A program made the translations under genes and the position numbers. 64,000 nt of DNA from contig ML992521.1 of assembly GCA_010093995.1 (NCBI GenBank), positions 62,001-126,000 of the forward strand, written 5' to 3'. This document shows, in pieces, positions 24,043 to 35,433 of the stretch (its first letter is position 1; the number at the start of each line of letters is the position of its first letter). Source of the DNA: Elsinoe ampelina. Taxonomy: Eukaryota. The notes under the pieces were generated by a model that ran no database searches, was not told where the DNA came from, and saw nothing but the letters and a program-made list of their open reading frames with translations.

Positions 24043-25638
24043 TCATGTCTTCCCCTTCCTGCCTCCCCCTCCCTGCGTCCCCACACTCAAAAACACCACA
24101 AACACCAAACTCACCCCGGCCGCTGCAGTCGCATACCAAAACGCCGCCGCATACGGTCCGACATTCTCATCACCCTCATAATATCCACCTCTCAAGCCCT
24201 CCCCTTCCCTCACCGCATCAAACACCGCCGTGATAACGCCAAACCCCACCGTCGTGAACAACCTCGTGACCGTCTGAAAGATCCCACCAGCAATACTCTG
24301 CTGATCCGCCCCCAACGCCGTCATGACGTACATATTCGCGACATTAAACTCCAAATCCGCGCCCACGACCATGAGTAAAAACGAAGGAAAGCAGAAAGCC
24401 CAATACGACGTCCCCGTCTTGTTGAGACCCAACAGGATGAACGACAACGTATAACTCCCCGCTCCCACGAACATGAGCATTTTGTTGTTGATGCGGTGCA
24501 GGAACGCGCCGGCGAAGACATTCACGATCACCCCCATGATGGCCAACGGGAGGAGGTGCACCGCCGTCGATAACGCCGAGAAGCCCCACACGCGCTGGAA
24601 GAAGAGGGCGATGAAGAAGCTCGCGGGGGGGAACGCCATGAACCCCAGCGTCAGGATCGCCATGAGCAAGGAGAAGTTCTTGTCGCGCCAGATATACATT
24701 GGCATCAGTGGGAAGGGGTAGAACGATTCCCACGCGACGAAGGCGAGGATGAGCACGAAGCCCAACACCAGCGTCACGAGGACGTACGGCGTGCGCCATC
24801 CCTCTGGCGCCGAGGAGCCGAGGGACAGCGCCGCGGAGAACATGCCGATGCCGGAGACGGTGAGGAGCATGCCCAGGGGGTCGAGTTGGCGGAGGAGCGG
24901 GAGGGAGAGGGCGGGGCGAGGGGCCGTGTCCGCGGGCACGCAGAAGAAAGCGGCTACGCCGAGGAGGAGGTAGATGATCGCCAGTAACCAGAAACTAGCC
25001 CTCCAGCCGAGGAGCTGCGTCGCGATACCGCTGAAGACCATACCGGCTGCGAAACCCACTGGGTTACCGGAGGAAAAGCACGCGAAAGCGGCGTTCTTGC
25101 GCCGACTTGGTTTGCCGTATATCTTGCTCATTTTGCCCTGAGCAGGCGGGACAGCGGCGGCGCTGAGCAGACCGAGGATGCCGTTCAGGACGTCAAGGGA
25201 GATGGGGGTGCGAGCGAAGCCGGCGGCGAGAGAGAAGATGGAGAAGAGCAGGAAGGAGCCGATGATCATTGGTTTTTGGCCGAAGAGGTCGGCGATGCGT
25301 CCGAAGAAGAGGAGGAATGAGCCTGATGCGAGGGAGGAGGAGGCGGTCAGCCAGGTGATTTCGGCTTGGTTCATGGAGAGGGCGCGGGCGACGATTTCGG
25401 GGATGACGGTCGTGGCGCCCATGAGGAAGGGGTTCATGGCCATGGCCATGGTGGCGATGAAGACGAAAAGGAGTTCTTGGAACGTGTTGCGGAAGCATTC
25501 TGGGCGGGTGCCGTAGTCGTCGGGTTTCTCCTCCTCTGCCAATTGGGCTTCTGTGCTTAGTGACTTCTCATCAGGAGGCGGAGTCGACGTCTGGTTGTTG
25601 GCTTGAGCCACCGCTGGCGGGGCTGTCTTCTCGGACAT
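24043..25638 (-). CDS. MFS drug:H+ antiporter (DHA2/Atr1-like, about 14 TM)
   Basis: Intronless. Motif A GRIADLFGQK, GWRASFW, LDPLG, PLMPMYIW and many hydrophobic helices. ATG 25638 (MSEKTAPP). Confidence 0.9.
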   Translation of the reverse strand: MSEKTAPPAVAQANNQTSTPPPDEKSLSTEAQLAEEEKPDDYGTRPECFRNTFQELLFVFIATMAMAMNPFLMGATTVIPEIVARALSMNQAEITWLTASSSLASGSFLLFFGRIADLFGQKPMIIGSFLLFSIFSLAAGFARTPISLDVLNGILGLLSAAAVPPAQGKMSKIYGKPSRRKNAAFACFSSGNPVGFAAGMVFSGIATQLLGWRASFWLLAIIYLLLGVAAFFCVPADTAPRPALSLPLLRQLDPLGMLLTVSGIGMFSAALSLGSSAPEGWRTPYVLVTLVLGFVLILAFVAWESFYPFPLMPMYIWRDKNFSLLMAILTLGFMAFPPASFFIALFFQRVWGFSALSTAVHLLPLAIMGVIVNVFAGAFLHRINNKMLMFVGAGSYTLSFILLGLNKTGTSYWAFCFPSFLLMVVGADLEFNVANMYVMTALGADQQSIAGGIFQTVTRLFTTVGFGVITAVFDAVREGEGLRGGYYEGDENVGPYAAAFWYATAAAGVSLVFVVFLSVGTQGGGGRKGKT

Positions 25639-26032
25639 GGCTGCGAAGCACTGAGAACCAGCCAATTGCCTCTCCAAATGACCTCGACAGATTTCTTTAG
25701 GGTCTTGGAATCATGGCAACGACTTCATACATTGCATCAAGAAGAAAGAGATGTCCTTACCACCGCAAAATTGTAAGCAACCAATTTTCCAGGGGGTCTA
25801 TCGCGGCACCGGTTCCGAAGCGTCTGTCACAGAGAGAGAGAGGCGGATCTCACAAGCGGCAAATGGCATCAGATTTGCGGCGCGCGAAATGGCGTCTTGG
25901 CTGCGGCTCCATCCCAAAGCGGCATACATCTCCGACCTCAGGGCACTGTATGCTCTACCAAGTACAGCATCATGATGATTGAATCAATTTTTAGCAAAGA
26001 CTGGCCATGGATTTCAATCTGTAGCATCTGGA

Positions 26033-28059
26033 TCACCTCACAACCCCCTCCTTGGTAATCAAATGCTTCGCCTTCACCTTCCCATGCTCACCAGGACCAT
26101 GACCATGCCCCTCATGCCCCTCCTCCTCGTCATCCTCAGGCCAATCCGGGAACCCATCATCAAACATGTCCGCCAACTTGGCCAACTTGCGCTCATGACT
26201 GCCTCTCCCTCTCATGACCTTCTGCCATGACTCCCACTCCACATCATTCAACAGACAGGAATCCAGCTCCTTCTCGACACCAGGAATATCGAGATCTTCG
26301 CCAATGAAGACGACCTCCTGGCGACGATCGCCCCACTCGCCTCCCTTCTCCATGTCATGCTTGACGAGAGCGTCAATCTCAGCGTCGCCAGTCAAGTACT
26401 CTTCTTCTGGGAGGGTGCAGAACCAGGCACGCCCGCCGGAGACGGTGAGCATGGCGCCGGCTTGCGACCATTCGCCTGCTCTGAAAGGTCGGGTGGCGAG
26501 GAGGATCTCGCCTTTGGAGCGGAAGAGGCGTGAGAAGAGAGGGTGGGCACGCTTGTTGGCGACGATGGTGGCGTTGTCGGGGATTTCTGGTGCTGATATC
26601 TCGGGAGCGTCTTTCATTTCTTTGTCGTCTGCGGTGAGAGATGGTGAGGTAGGTGCCGTGGATCCTGATGAGGCAGAGTCGGACATGGTAGAATTGGAGC
26701 TGTCTGACGCCGAGTTGGACGCTGAGGTCTTGCGTGTCGCTGTATTCGTCGGCTCATCGACTTCCATGTCATCCTCATCGTCGTCATCGTCGTCCTCTTC
26801 ATCTTCTTCATCTTCTTCCTCAGGATGCTCCAGTTGTAAAATGAACTTGTCGTGTAAGAGCTGGAACAGCCTGAGTGGATGGAATGGCCGACGGCGGGTG
26901 TAGACAAAGTTGCGAACACCGTACTCTTCGGTCTCGGGTTTGGGCGTGACCACATTCTTGCCGTTCACTTCGCGAAGGGTCATGGCGTGTAAGTCTTGAA
27001 GCCATCCGTACCCAGTCTGTGCCCGCTCCAGATTGAACATACCCGTGTTGACAATCTCTTTGACGTCAATCTTGCCGTAAGATGACTGGAGGATCTTGGC
27101 TCTGTGGTTGAGCTTCTTGATGAGTGCAAGCATTCTGTTACGAGTCTTTTGGTCGACCTTGGCCAGTGGGTCAGTATGTACAAAGCATTCGTAATGTTGG
27201 TGAGCTCTTACCATGTCTATCTTGTTCAAGACGATGACATCGGCAAACTCGATTTGATCCACCATCAAGTCACTGACGGTCCGCTCGTCCTCGGGCACCA
27301 CATCATCCCGGCGTGAAGAGAGCAAGTCAGTGGTCTCAAAGTCGTGAAAGAGGGTGAATGCATCAATGACTGTGCATGTCGTGTCAAGCCGTGCGAACTT
27401 CTCCAGTCCTCCAGCTGCTTTCCTGGGAACATGTGAGCACAAGCTCGTCTCAAATCAGATTTTGTACATACAGCTGATTGAGCACCTTGATCATCGACTC
27501 GTCAAGTCCGTCGACCATACTGCCCTGCAGCTCAATCTGCTCGGCCAGACGAGCATCGAAAGTCTCTGCCACCTGCTCTGGTTCACTGATACCACTGCTC
27601 TCGATAATGATGTAGTCGAAAGACTGCAGCTCAGCAAGCTTGACAAGCTCTTCGAGCAGGTCGCCGCGCAGCGTGCAGCAGATGCAGCCATTCTGCAGGG
27701 CCACCACCTTTTCTTCTGTCTTTGTCAATCGGTGGGTCTGCTTGATCAATGAAGCATCGACATTGATCCTAGCAGGGTCAGTCGCAGGTCCTGCCATTCA
27801 TAGATGTTGACTCACTCTCCAATATCGTTGACGACCACAGCAATCCGCAAGCCGTGGTCAGCTCGCAAGATATGTTGAAGAAGCGTTGTTTTACCGCTGC
27901 CCTTTTCATGATCAGCCCACGCCCAGTCTCTGAAGCAGGTTGATCTCGACTTACCAGGAAACCAGACAACAGCGTCACAGGCAATGCCTTTGGTGGTACT
28001 TTGGGCTTTGCAGACGCAGCCGCTTTGTGTGCAGCGCCCCTTGTGTTTGGTTTTGGCAT
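26033..28059 (-). CDS. COG0523/CobW family G3E GTPase, putative zinc metallochaperone
   Basis: Walker A TLLSGFL|GSGKT, GCICC (CxCC), ESSG, NKID, RRPFHP, FRSKG, WGDRRQEVVFIG. Acidic insert and His-rich tail (HEGHGHGPGEH); four introns. Confidence 0.93.
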
Positions 28060-28184
28060 GGCTGTGATGAACGATTCCTGAGTGACACTACAGTCCGACA
28101 GTGATCTACCAGAACAAGATGCAGATATCAAATAGCTTTCGTGTGTGCGCAATTGCTGACCAACCTCTCTCGCATAAAGCCTCC

Positions 28185-28206
28185 TCCATCAAGGTACCCT
28201 GGTGAG
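28185..28206. promoter_or_regulatory. Inverted pair of ZafA-type zinc-response elements (CARGGT cores)
   Basis: TCCATCAAGGTACCC on + and CTCACCAGGGTACCT on -, about 130 nt upstream of the COG0523 ATG. Fits the Aspergillus ZafA consensus DYYVYCARGGTVYYY as I recall it. Confidence 0.6.
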
Positions 28207-28924
28207 GCCATTGCGGTACTCGTGAACGAGATCAGGGGAAGCATATTGGACAGATTGAAGCTACGCTTACCGTCGCTGGATATGGTGCCATAATCGAACA
28301 GCGGTGATTGGTCTGATAGATTTCCTCGTCTGCATCAGCCATTTCTCGCAATTCGCCATTGGATGTGGTCCGAAGTATGCCTGTTCGGCCTCGCAAATAC
28401 TCCCGAAGATCCAAAACTTTCTCGAGCTGACGATGGGCCTTCATAACATGACTGCTTCAGCGAATCGTCCCTGTCACTGAGTGCCTCAAGTCTTGGGTAT
28501 GTCTGACCATGACATATTCTTCACCATGGATACGACATGGAGAAGCACTTGACCTCGGCCATTATCGGCCTCTGGCGTGTGGACACTTTAATGATCATCA
28601 TCGTGTCAAGATTGTCGATTGCTCGAGACGACAACGATAGCAGATGGCGCACTCAACTGTGACTATAAGCGTCGATGTTATTGCAAAGGAGAAGAACTGT
28701 CCTCGGCTTCAACTCCAGCAGAGCCGCATCAATCATCGACCGTCGACCCCGCGATCGAGCTCCACCAAAACGCACGGATCCCCTTGCCAGCAGAGCCGCC
28801 CTTCCAGCGGTGTCCCGTCATTGATAGCGACATCAACATCCCTCTACACTGCCACGCCGAGCATTTCATCAGTCTCCGTGTCAGACCTCATCCACACAAC
28901 CCATCGGGCGCAAAACACATCACA

Positions 28925-29596
28925 ATGCCCATCTCACTCGCCATCCCCAAGTTCATCGGGACAGTCAGCCTCGGTCTCTTGACAGTACGTCCCTCCCCTC
29001 TCATACCTTCCCACCACTTCCCTCTCCCCAAACCCCATCCCACCTCCTTCCTTCACCTCCCTTCACACCCACCTCCCTTGCCATCTCCCACAAGCTAACC
29101 CCTCCAGGGCATCTCCTACACCCTAACCCTCACCTACCCAACCCTCCTCCTCCTCCCCTCCGCCACCCACGCCTCCCGCACCTTCTCCACCCTCTCCCGC
29201 CTCGCCCAACTCCACCTCGTCACCCTCGGCACCTTATCCCTCCTCGCCTTCCAAACCGCCTTCTTCGCCTCCCCGCGCCGCAGCCGCCACCCTTACCTCC
29301 TCTGGACCTCCCTCTTGGCTTTCGGCAGCGTGGCGCAGGATGTATACCAGCTTGGCAAGAGCGTGGTCGCGGGGGGACCGAGTACGTTGAGGATCAACAG
29401 CGGGGGAGTGGAGAAGGAGAATACTAATGCCTTGGGGGAGAGTCAGGAGTGGGAGGACGTGAGTGAGTTGGGGGTGAATGGGGAGATGGTGGAGAAGAGG
29501 GTGAGGAAGGCGCAGGGGAGGGAGGTTAGGAGGGCGGTGGTTGGGGGAGTGGCGTTTGCTTTGGGGGTGATTGGGTTGTGGGGGGATGGGGCGTAG
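28925..29596 (+). CDS. ATG33: Autophagy-related mitochondrial membrane protein Atg33-like
   Basis: KFIGTVSLGLLT|GISY, SPRRSRHPYLLWTSL, VNGEMV..VR, GVIGLWGDGA. Intron 28985-29107. Confidence 0.8.
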
Positions 29597-29811
29597 AGGG
29601 CACAAGGAGGTATAGGATGGGGAGAAAGGGGTGGGCACTCGACTCAATCATTGAATGGCGAGCAATACGAATGGATAGGGTGTTAGAAAGCAAGTATTAT
29701 GCATTAATGAGAGCTACTGAAATGCAAAGCCTTTTTATGGGATCATCACCATCCGACGTCCCGAATCCAACAACGCCGTGAAGAAACCTGGAAGCCAGAC
29801 ACACACACCCC

Positions 29812-30564
29812 CTAGGCGACACTCGAAGTCTTGGTCGGCCAGATGGTGATCTCTCCGTCTCCAGCCAACACGGAACTGCTGCTCGATGCACTCACAGTAA
29901 CAGTCGAGACCGAGACGCTGGAGCTCGACGAAGACGACGGATAAACAGTGACGGTGGCGGGCTCCTCCGAGGCAGACACCGTCACTGTCGTTGGCTCGTC
30001 TGCCGACGACGAGGCAGACACCGTGACAGTCTTTGGCCCCTCCGACGACGAGCCAGCAGACACGGTCACAGTCTTCGGCCCCTCAGACGACGACGGCCCA
30101 CCAGACACCGTGACCGTCTTCCCGGCCCCAATGTCCATCCTACCGCCGCAGTGCAGACGAATGGCGCGGACACCGACGTGGAAAGTGCCCCCGCTGTTCA
30201 ACGTATCGTTGAGACACGTCTGGAACGCGCTCCGATCGTGCAGCTCAACAGTCCCGTGTTGATCGCCGCTGCAGTCGCCGTTCTCGTACAGCATGAGGCT
30301 GCATTGCCGTTTGTCGTCGTAAATGTTGTGTTCTTGCTTGTTGGTCTTGTAGGGGAAGATGCGCAGGCCGTAGGCGCGTCCCATGTGGTCCGTGATGAAG
30401 TGGTGGTGGCATTCGCCTTCGACGGCGTGTTCGATGGCTGGGCGGACGTTTTCGCGGCAGTCTTCGTGGTCGAAGGCTTGCACTTCGACTTCCATTTTCT
30501 TTTTGGCTAGGGTGGGGGAGGACAGTATGCCGAAGAGGGCGAGGAGGATGGGGGTGTGCTTCAT
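29812..30564 (-). CDS. Secreted protein: 6-Cys N-terminal domain plus Ser/Thr/Val tandem repeats
   Basis: Signal peptide MKHTPILLALFGILSSPTLA; about 6 TVTV(S/Y)-Ser-rich repeats; TATA-like CTTATATA on the minus strand near 30775-30782. Confidence 0.75.
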   Translation of the reverse strand: MKHTPILLALFGILSSPTLAKKKMEVEVQAFDHEDCRENVRPAIEHAVEGECHHHFITDHMGRAYGLRIFPYKTNKQEHNIYDDKRQCSLMLYENGDCSGDQHGTVELHDRSAFQTCLNDTLNSGGTFHVGVRAIRLHCGGRMDIGAGKTVTVSGGPSSSEGPKTVTVSAGSSSEGPKTVTVSASSSADEPTTVTVSASEEPATVTVYPSSSSSSSVSVSTVTVSASSSSSVLAGDGEITIWPTKTSSVA

Positions 30565-30567
30565 GGT

Positions 30568-30735
30568 GGGATAGTCGATGGGGTAGTTAATGGACTGGAC
30601 GAAGGAGCCGTTGATGGATTAGAGGATGGAGTAGTCGATGGACTGGTTGATGATCTAGTCGATGGACTGGTTGATGGAGTGGGCGATGGAATGATTGATG
30701 GGCTGCTTGCTGAGCCGGTTGATGGACTGGGTGAT
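30568..30735. repeat. Degenerate 12-nt tandem repeat, 14 copies, consensus GGACTGGTTGAT
   Basis: Units read directly, e.g. GGGATAGTCGAT GGGGTAGTTAAT GGACTGGACGAA ... GGACTGGGTGAT, with no indels. Confidence 0.85.
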
Positions 30736-31429
30736 GGGAGAGGAGGGTGAGAGAGTATGGAAGGAACCAGGGGGTATATAAGAGGAAGAATTTCAAGGGA
30801 ATAACTATGCCACCTTTCCCTTCTGATCGAGTGCATGACTTTTTCCCATGTAGAACCTACCTCTCCACTACATCTCCATGCTCTGATCAACCATTTGTGG
30901 CCATTGATACTCATCTTGTTCCTTTTTCATATGCTTTTGTCAGGCCCTCCTCGCTATATTTGCCACGGCGATGAGCTGTAGTCTGCTGGTTCTTCATGTC
31001 CTACCTTGACGCCACAATCATCGACAACGGGAGCATGTAGCTGTGAGCGGAAGCTTCGGTGTGACTGTAGGACGAAGGTTCAAAAGTAAATATGCATGAT
31101 AGAGACGGGATGGTATGAAAGTGAAAAAGTGGATGAGTAGGTTCTACTGTAAATAACTTCAAAGCTTATTAGCAATGCATCATGCAGGACAACGCTCGCA
31201 AAAAGAGGGAAGATGAGGGGAAATATGCTCACCTGTCATGCAAATGCAGAGTTCGACGTCGAAGGTTCATGCGGCCTAAGTGCCATGGGATGACACAGAA
31301 CGCTTTGAGAGCCGACCGAGTAGGCTAGTTTATAGTATAGGCATAAAGGTATGGAGCAATCATAGTTACATCCCTCGTGAATCCCAGTCGGGAGATGACC
31401 AACCTCGATCAATCGTTGCTGACCGCTTT

Positions 31430-33352
31430 TCACCCCCTTGTTCCTGCACCATCTACAACAGCTACACTTCCCGCAACCTTTCCACTAACAGGCGCCATAC
31501 CATACCAACTGATCACCACCAACCCCAACAGCGCCGCGACAATACTAAACGTCATAGCCACTATCCCCTTTGGCGTAAATCCAACCGGCAGAGGGGAAGG
31601 TGGGCTATTCTCCCCGCTAAGATCGAACAGATCCACCGTGTTCCCCGCCGCGTTACCGCTCGTCGGCGTTCCAATGTCCTTGCATGCTTGCATGTGATCT
31701 TCGGGTATGGAGAGGGTCTTTTGCATTTCGAGCGGGGCTTCGATCATGGTTGCTGCGAGGCCGGAGATTAGATGCCAGTCGAGATGGCACTGGTACGATG
31801 TTAGTGGGCGGGTACAGGAGAAGGAGGCATGTGTGTGGAGAGGTGCATAGAGGGGGAAGTGACTTACGTGGAAGAACCATACGCCAGGATTGTCCGCTTT
31901 GAAGCGGATGACAAAGTTACTCTGCGGTCGGACCATGAGGACATCCCTCCGCATTGGTACGGTGGGGGCAACGGAGTGATTGGATGGGTCGTAGAAGCCT
32001 GCGTTCTCATCTGCGCGTACCAGGACCTGGAAGTTGTGCCCGTGCAGATGGAAGGGGTGCTTGCCGGGGTCGTCGTTATTGAGGACGATGTCGATCACTT
32101 GGTCTTTCTCGAGCACAAAGGTGTTGGTGTAGCCGCCGTAGATGGTGGCATTGTCAGCAGCGGCGCCGGAAGTCAGAGTGGTGTACAGTGTGGGTACTTT
32201 GGGTGCGGCATAAGAGATATCGTTGAAAGCGGCATAATTGGCACCGTCCCCGAGGTTGATCATCGACATGTTGAGCGTCAGGGTCTGGTCGGCTTCGGGG
32301 AGAAGACGTTCTGCGTCAGCAGGCACGAGCTGGAAGTCGTCGAATGGCTCGAAGGCGTCGACTTCTACTGCTGCTGGCTTGCTTGCGGCGTCGTTGTACA
32401 CTAACCACCCGGTGACATTCGGATTCAGACCATCTGGCACCGTGTCAAAGAGGTCAGTGTCCATGCTGCCGACCATTGCAAAGTTGGCATCTGTGCTGTT
32501 CTTCGTGGTGACGAGGAAGCTATAACGCTGCGCGGCAGTCAGGTAGATCATGTCTGCCTCGGCGGCGTCGGTGAAGACGCCATCGACCTCAACGATCTGC
32601 AGCTTGTGTCCCTCGATCCAGAAGTATTGTCCGGCGAATGCTCCCACATTTGCGATGTGGAATAAATATGTCTTGCCTGGTTCGACCGACAGCGTGAAGT
32701 TTTGCGTATCGTTCATGAGGGCAGCATTGGGAACTGGCTCTGCACCGGTCGGATTGGTCACACTGATGAAGGATGAAATGAGACCAGGCATCTCGTCGTG
32801 ATACCAGTCAGAGAGTGTCAAAGACACCTCGTGGTCGTACTGACCATTCGCGGGATTCTCGGGATCGTTGACCAGAAGCAGCTGGCGAAGACCGTCTGGA
32901 TACTGACCGCGGGAATGCGAATGATACCAGTATGTTCCTGATTGATCAACCTGCACTACTCAGCTAGGCGCTTGTTTGGCCATACCCTCTCAACATACCG
33001 TAAAGTTGTAGGTCATTGACGAGCCGGGAGCAATACCACATTGAGTCACACCGACTGGGCCGTCCATGTAATTCGTGCCATTCTGAAAGAAGCCATGCCA
33101 ATGTACACTCGTCGACTGGTTGCCCAGCTCGTTGTGGACGTGAGCGACAATTCGGTCACCTTTGGTAATGTTGACAACTGGAAGCGGCCATTGTCCGTTG
33201 ATACCGATCGTTGGTCTCTCGAATGCACCGTCCGGATTTGCTCTGACCCATGTGATATTCCAATCAAAAGTTACAGTCGCAGCCAGCGTTGTGCAAGACT
33301 GTAGAAGAAGAAGAAGACCGAAGGCACAACGTGACCCATGAATTGAGATCAT
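31430..33352 (-). CDS. FET3: Iron transport multicopper ferroxidase
   Basis: Copper motifs [17 protein letters not shown] and WFFH|CHLDWH; signal peptide; C-terminal TM ([10 protein letters not shown]). Introns about 32998-32952 and 31867-31790; divergent from an iron permease. Confidence 0.95.
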
Positions 33353-33628
33353 CTTGCTGCCCTCTCGAGAGCTTTCTCAACTCGAATGAGCTTGCTTCTC
33401 TAGCAGTATTTGGCAGAGGCGGATATAGATTGGAAGGAAGAGATTGATAAGATCGTGGCAGGAGCTCACATTGAAACAGATACTTACCTCAACCAACGCG
33501 TGGGAGAGCGAAAGCCGTTCTAGATCCAGCCCTGCAGGGAACGAAACACATCGATCCATTTGGCAATGCTGCGAATGTCACCGGATCCGCGTGGCTTGCG
33601 AAATGCATGAGTAAGGAGGGCGAGAAAT

Positions 33629-33638
33629 CTTATCAGAT
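33629..33638 (-). promoter_or_regulatory. SreA/Sre1-type GATA site ATCTGATAAG
   Basis: CTTATCAGAT on + in the FET3-FTR1 divergent promoter; matches ATCWGATAA. Confidence 0.7.
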
Positions 33639-33927
33639 GATCCAGATTGCATTAGTTCCGCTTGATTTGCGAGGAGGCTAGGCGAAAAGCGGTTTGGCGC
33701 AAACGCTGGATCAGCGGTCAAGCTCCGAGTTTGCAGGGCTTGAGATCTCTTGGCCAAGCTTGTCTGCCACTGCCGGGCCCATATGAGAGCAACGAAATCT
33801 CGGATTGAGAGCTGAAAACTTGTAATGATGTGCCAGATACAATGAGGAAATTACGGGTGGCGTTATGTGGTAGTGGTCCTGAACGGCCGTTGAAGAATGT
33901 GAGGTAGTGAGGGTGTGGGATAAAATG

Positions 33928-33937
33928 ATCTGATAAG
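33928..33937 (+). promoter_or_regulatory. SreA/Sre1-type GATA site ATCTGATAAG
   Basis: Exact ATCWGATAA match, with a second GATAA about 10 nt upstream. Confidence 0.7.
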
Positions 33938-34100
33938 CTCTGTGAATGCAAGCCACGTTTGAAAACCCTGAAATGTTACCGGCCGACGCCCTGCATGCCC
34001 CAGCGCGAAGACAATGGAAATGCTCGGTTCTTGGACCCAATTCGTCCCGTGTCACCCGAGGGGTGTTTCGAGGAGCCCGGCAATCAGATTCTCCACCGAC

Positions 34101-34110
34101 CTTATCTGAT
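34101..34110 (-). promoter_or_regulatory. SreA/Sre1-type GATA site ATCAGATAAG
   Basis: CTTATCTGAT on +, about 100 nt upstream of the FTR1 ATG. Confidence 0.65.
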
Positions 34111-34206
34111 CGTGTTTTCCAGCATCTGCTCGCACACCCACCAATACTGTACCTCGTTCCGCCGCACAACATCACCATCGTCGCCATTGAGTGAATTTCG
34201 GGCAAG

Positions 34207-35433
34207 ATGGTGAACGTTTTCGCCATTCCTGGTAGGATGATATAGCCTTGACGGGAGATTGTTGACTAAAACATCCCAGTCTTCTTCATTTGCTTTCGAG
34301 AATGTCTCGAGACCAGCATCATCGTTTCGGTCCTGCTGTCCTTCCTGAAGCAGGCTGTCGGTCCCGAGTATGATGTAAAGACGTACAAACGTCTTGTCAA
34401 GCAGGTTAGGAATGCCTTGTCTAATTACCAGCACAATACTCACCCATTACCAGGTGTGGCTTGGCGTAGCAAGTGGAGTATTCATTTGCATTGCCATAGG
34501 AGCTGGTATGATCGGAGCTTGGTATGGTATCGGAAAAGACCACTTTTCCGGAACCGAATATGTCTGGGAGGGTGCATTCGGCTTGCTTGCTTCTGTGATC
34601 ATCACGATCATGGGAGCTGCTCTTTTACGGGTTTCGAAGATGCAAGACAAGTGGCGGGTCAAGCTTTCTCAAGCTCTCGAAGCACGCAAGTCAAGTGGCG
34701 AAGGGCCTGCTAAGAACTCCTTCAAGAAGTGGGCTGAGAAGTATGCCATGTTCCTGCTGCCTTTCATCACCGTCCTGCGCGAAGGCCTCGAAGCGGTGGT
34801 GTTCATCGGAGGCGTAGGCCTGGGACTACCAGCAACGGCTTTCCCGCTTGCAGTCATCTGTGGTCTTGGTGCAGGTGCATTGGTCGGCTTCATCTTGTAC
34901 AAGTATGTCGGAGCCGCGCGGATCGTTGGAATTGTTGGCTGACGTCTGACAGGGCCGGGAACCGAGCTTCGCTACAGATCTTCCTGATCATTTCGACCTG
35001 CTTCCTGTACCTCGTGGCTGCCGGTCTATTCTCTCGAGCGGTCTGGGCCTTCGAGCAGAATGCTTGGAACAAAGCGATAGGGGGCGATGCTGCCGAGACC
35101 GGAGCGGGACCAGGGTCTTATGACATTCGCAAGAGCGTGTGGCACGTCGACTGCTGTAGCCCAACAGTCAACGGAGGGGGGGGCTGGGGCGTGTTCAACT
35201 CCTTGTTTGGTTGGCAGAACTCGGCCACTTATGGATCCGTCATTTCATACAACCTGTACTGGCTGGTGGTGATCATTGGATTTCTCGCTTTGAGGTATAA
35301 GGAGACCCGTGGAAGTTGGCCTTTGACCGGAAAGCAAGCTTCGACCAGTGAGGTCGAGACGTCGTCAAATTCGGACAATACCGATGTCGAGGAGGTCGTT
35401 CCAGTGGAGGGACCAGCTATCAAGTCCGGCTAA
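34207..35433 (+). CDS. FTR1: High-affinity iron permease
   Basis: [19 protein letters not shown] and second REGLE (two RExLE motifs), [24 protein letters not shown]; three introns. Confidence 0.95.
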
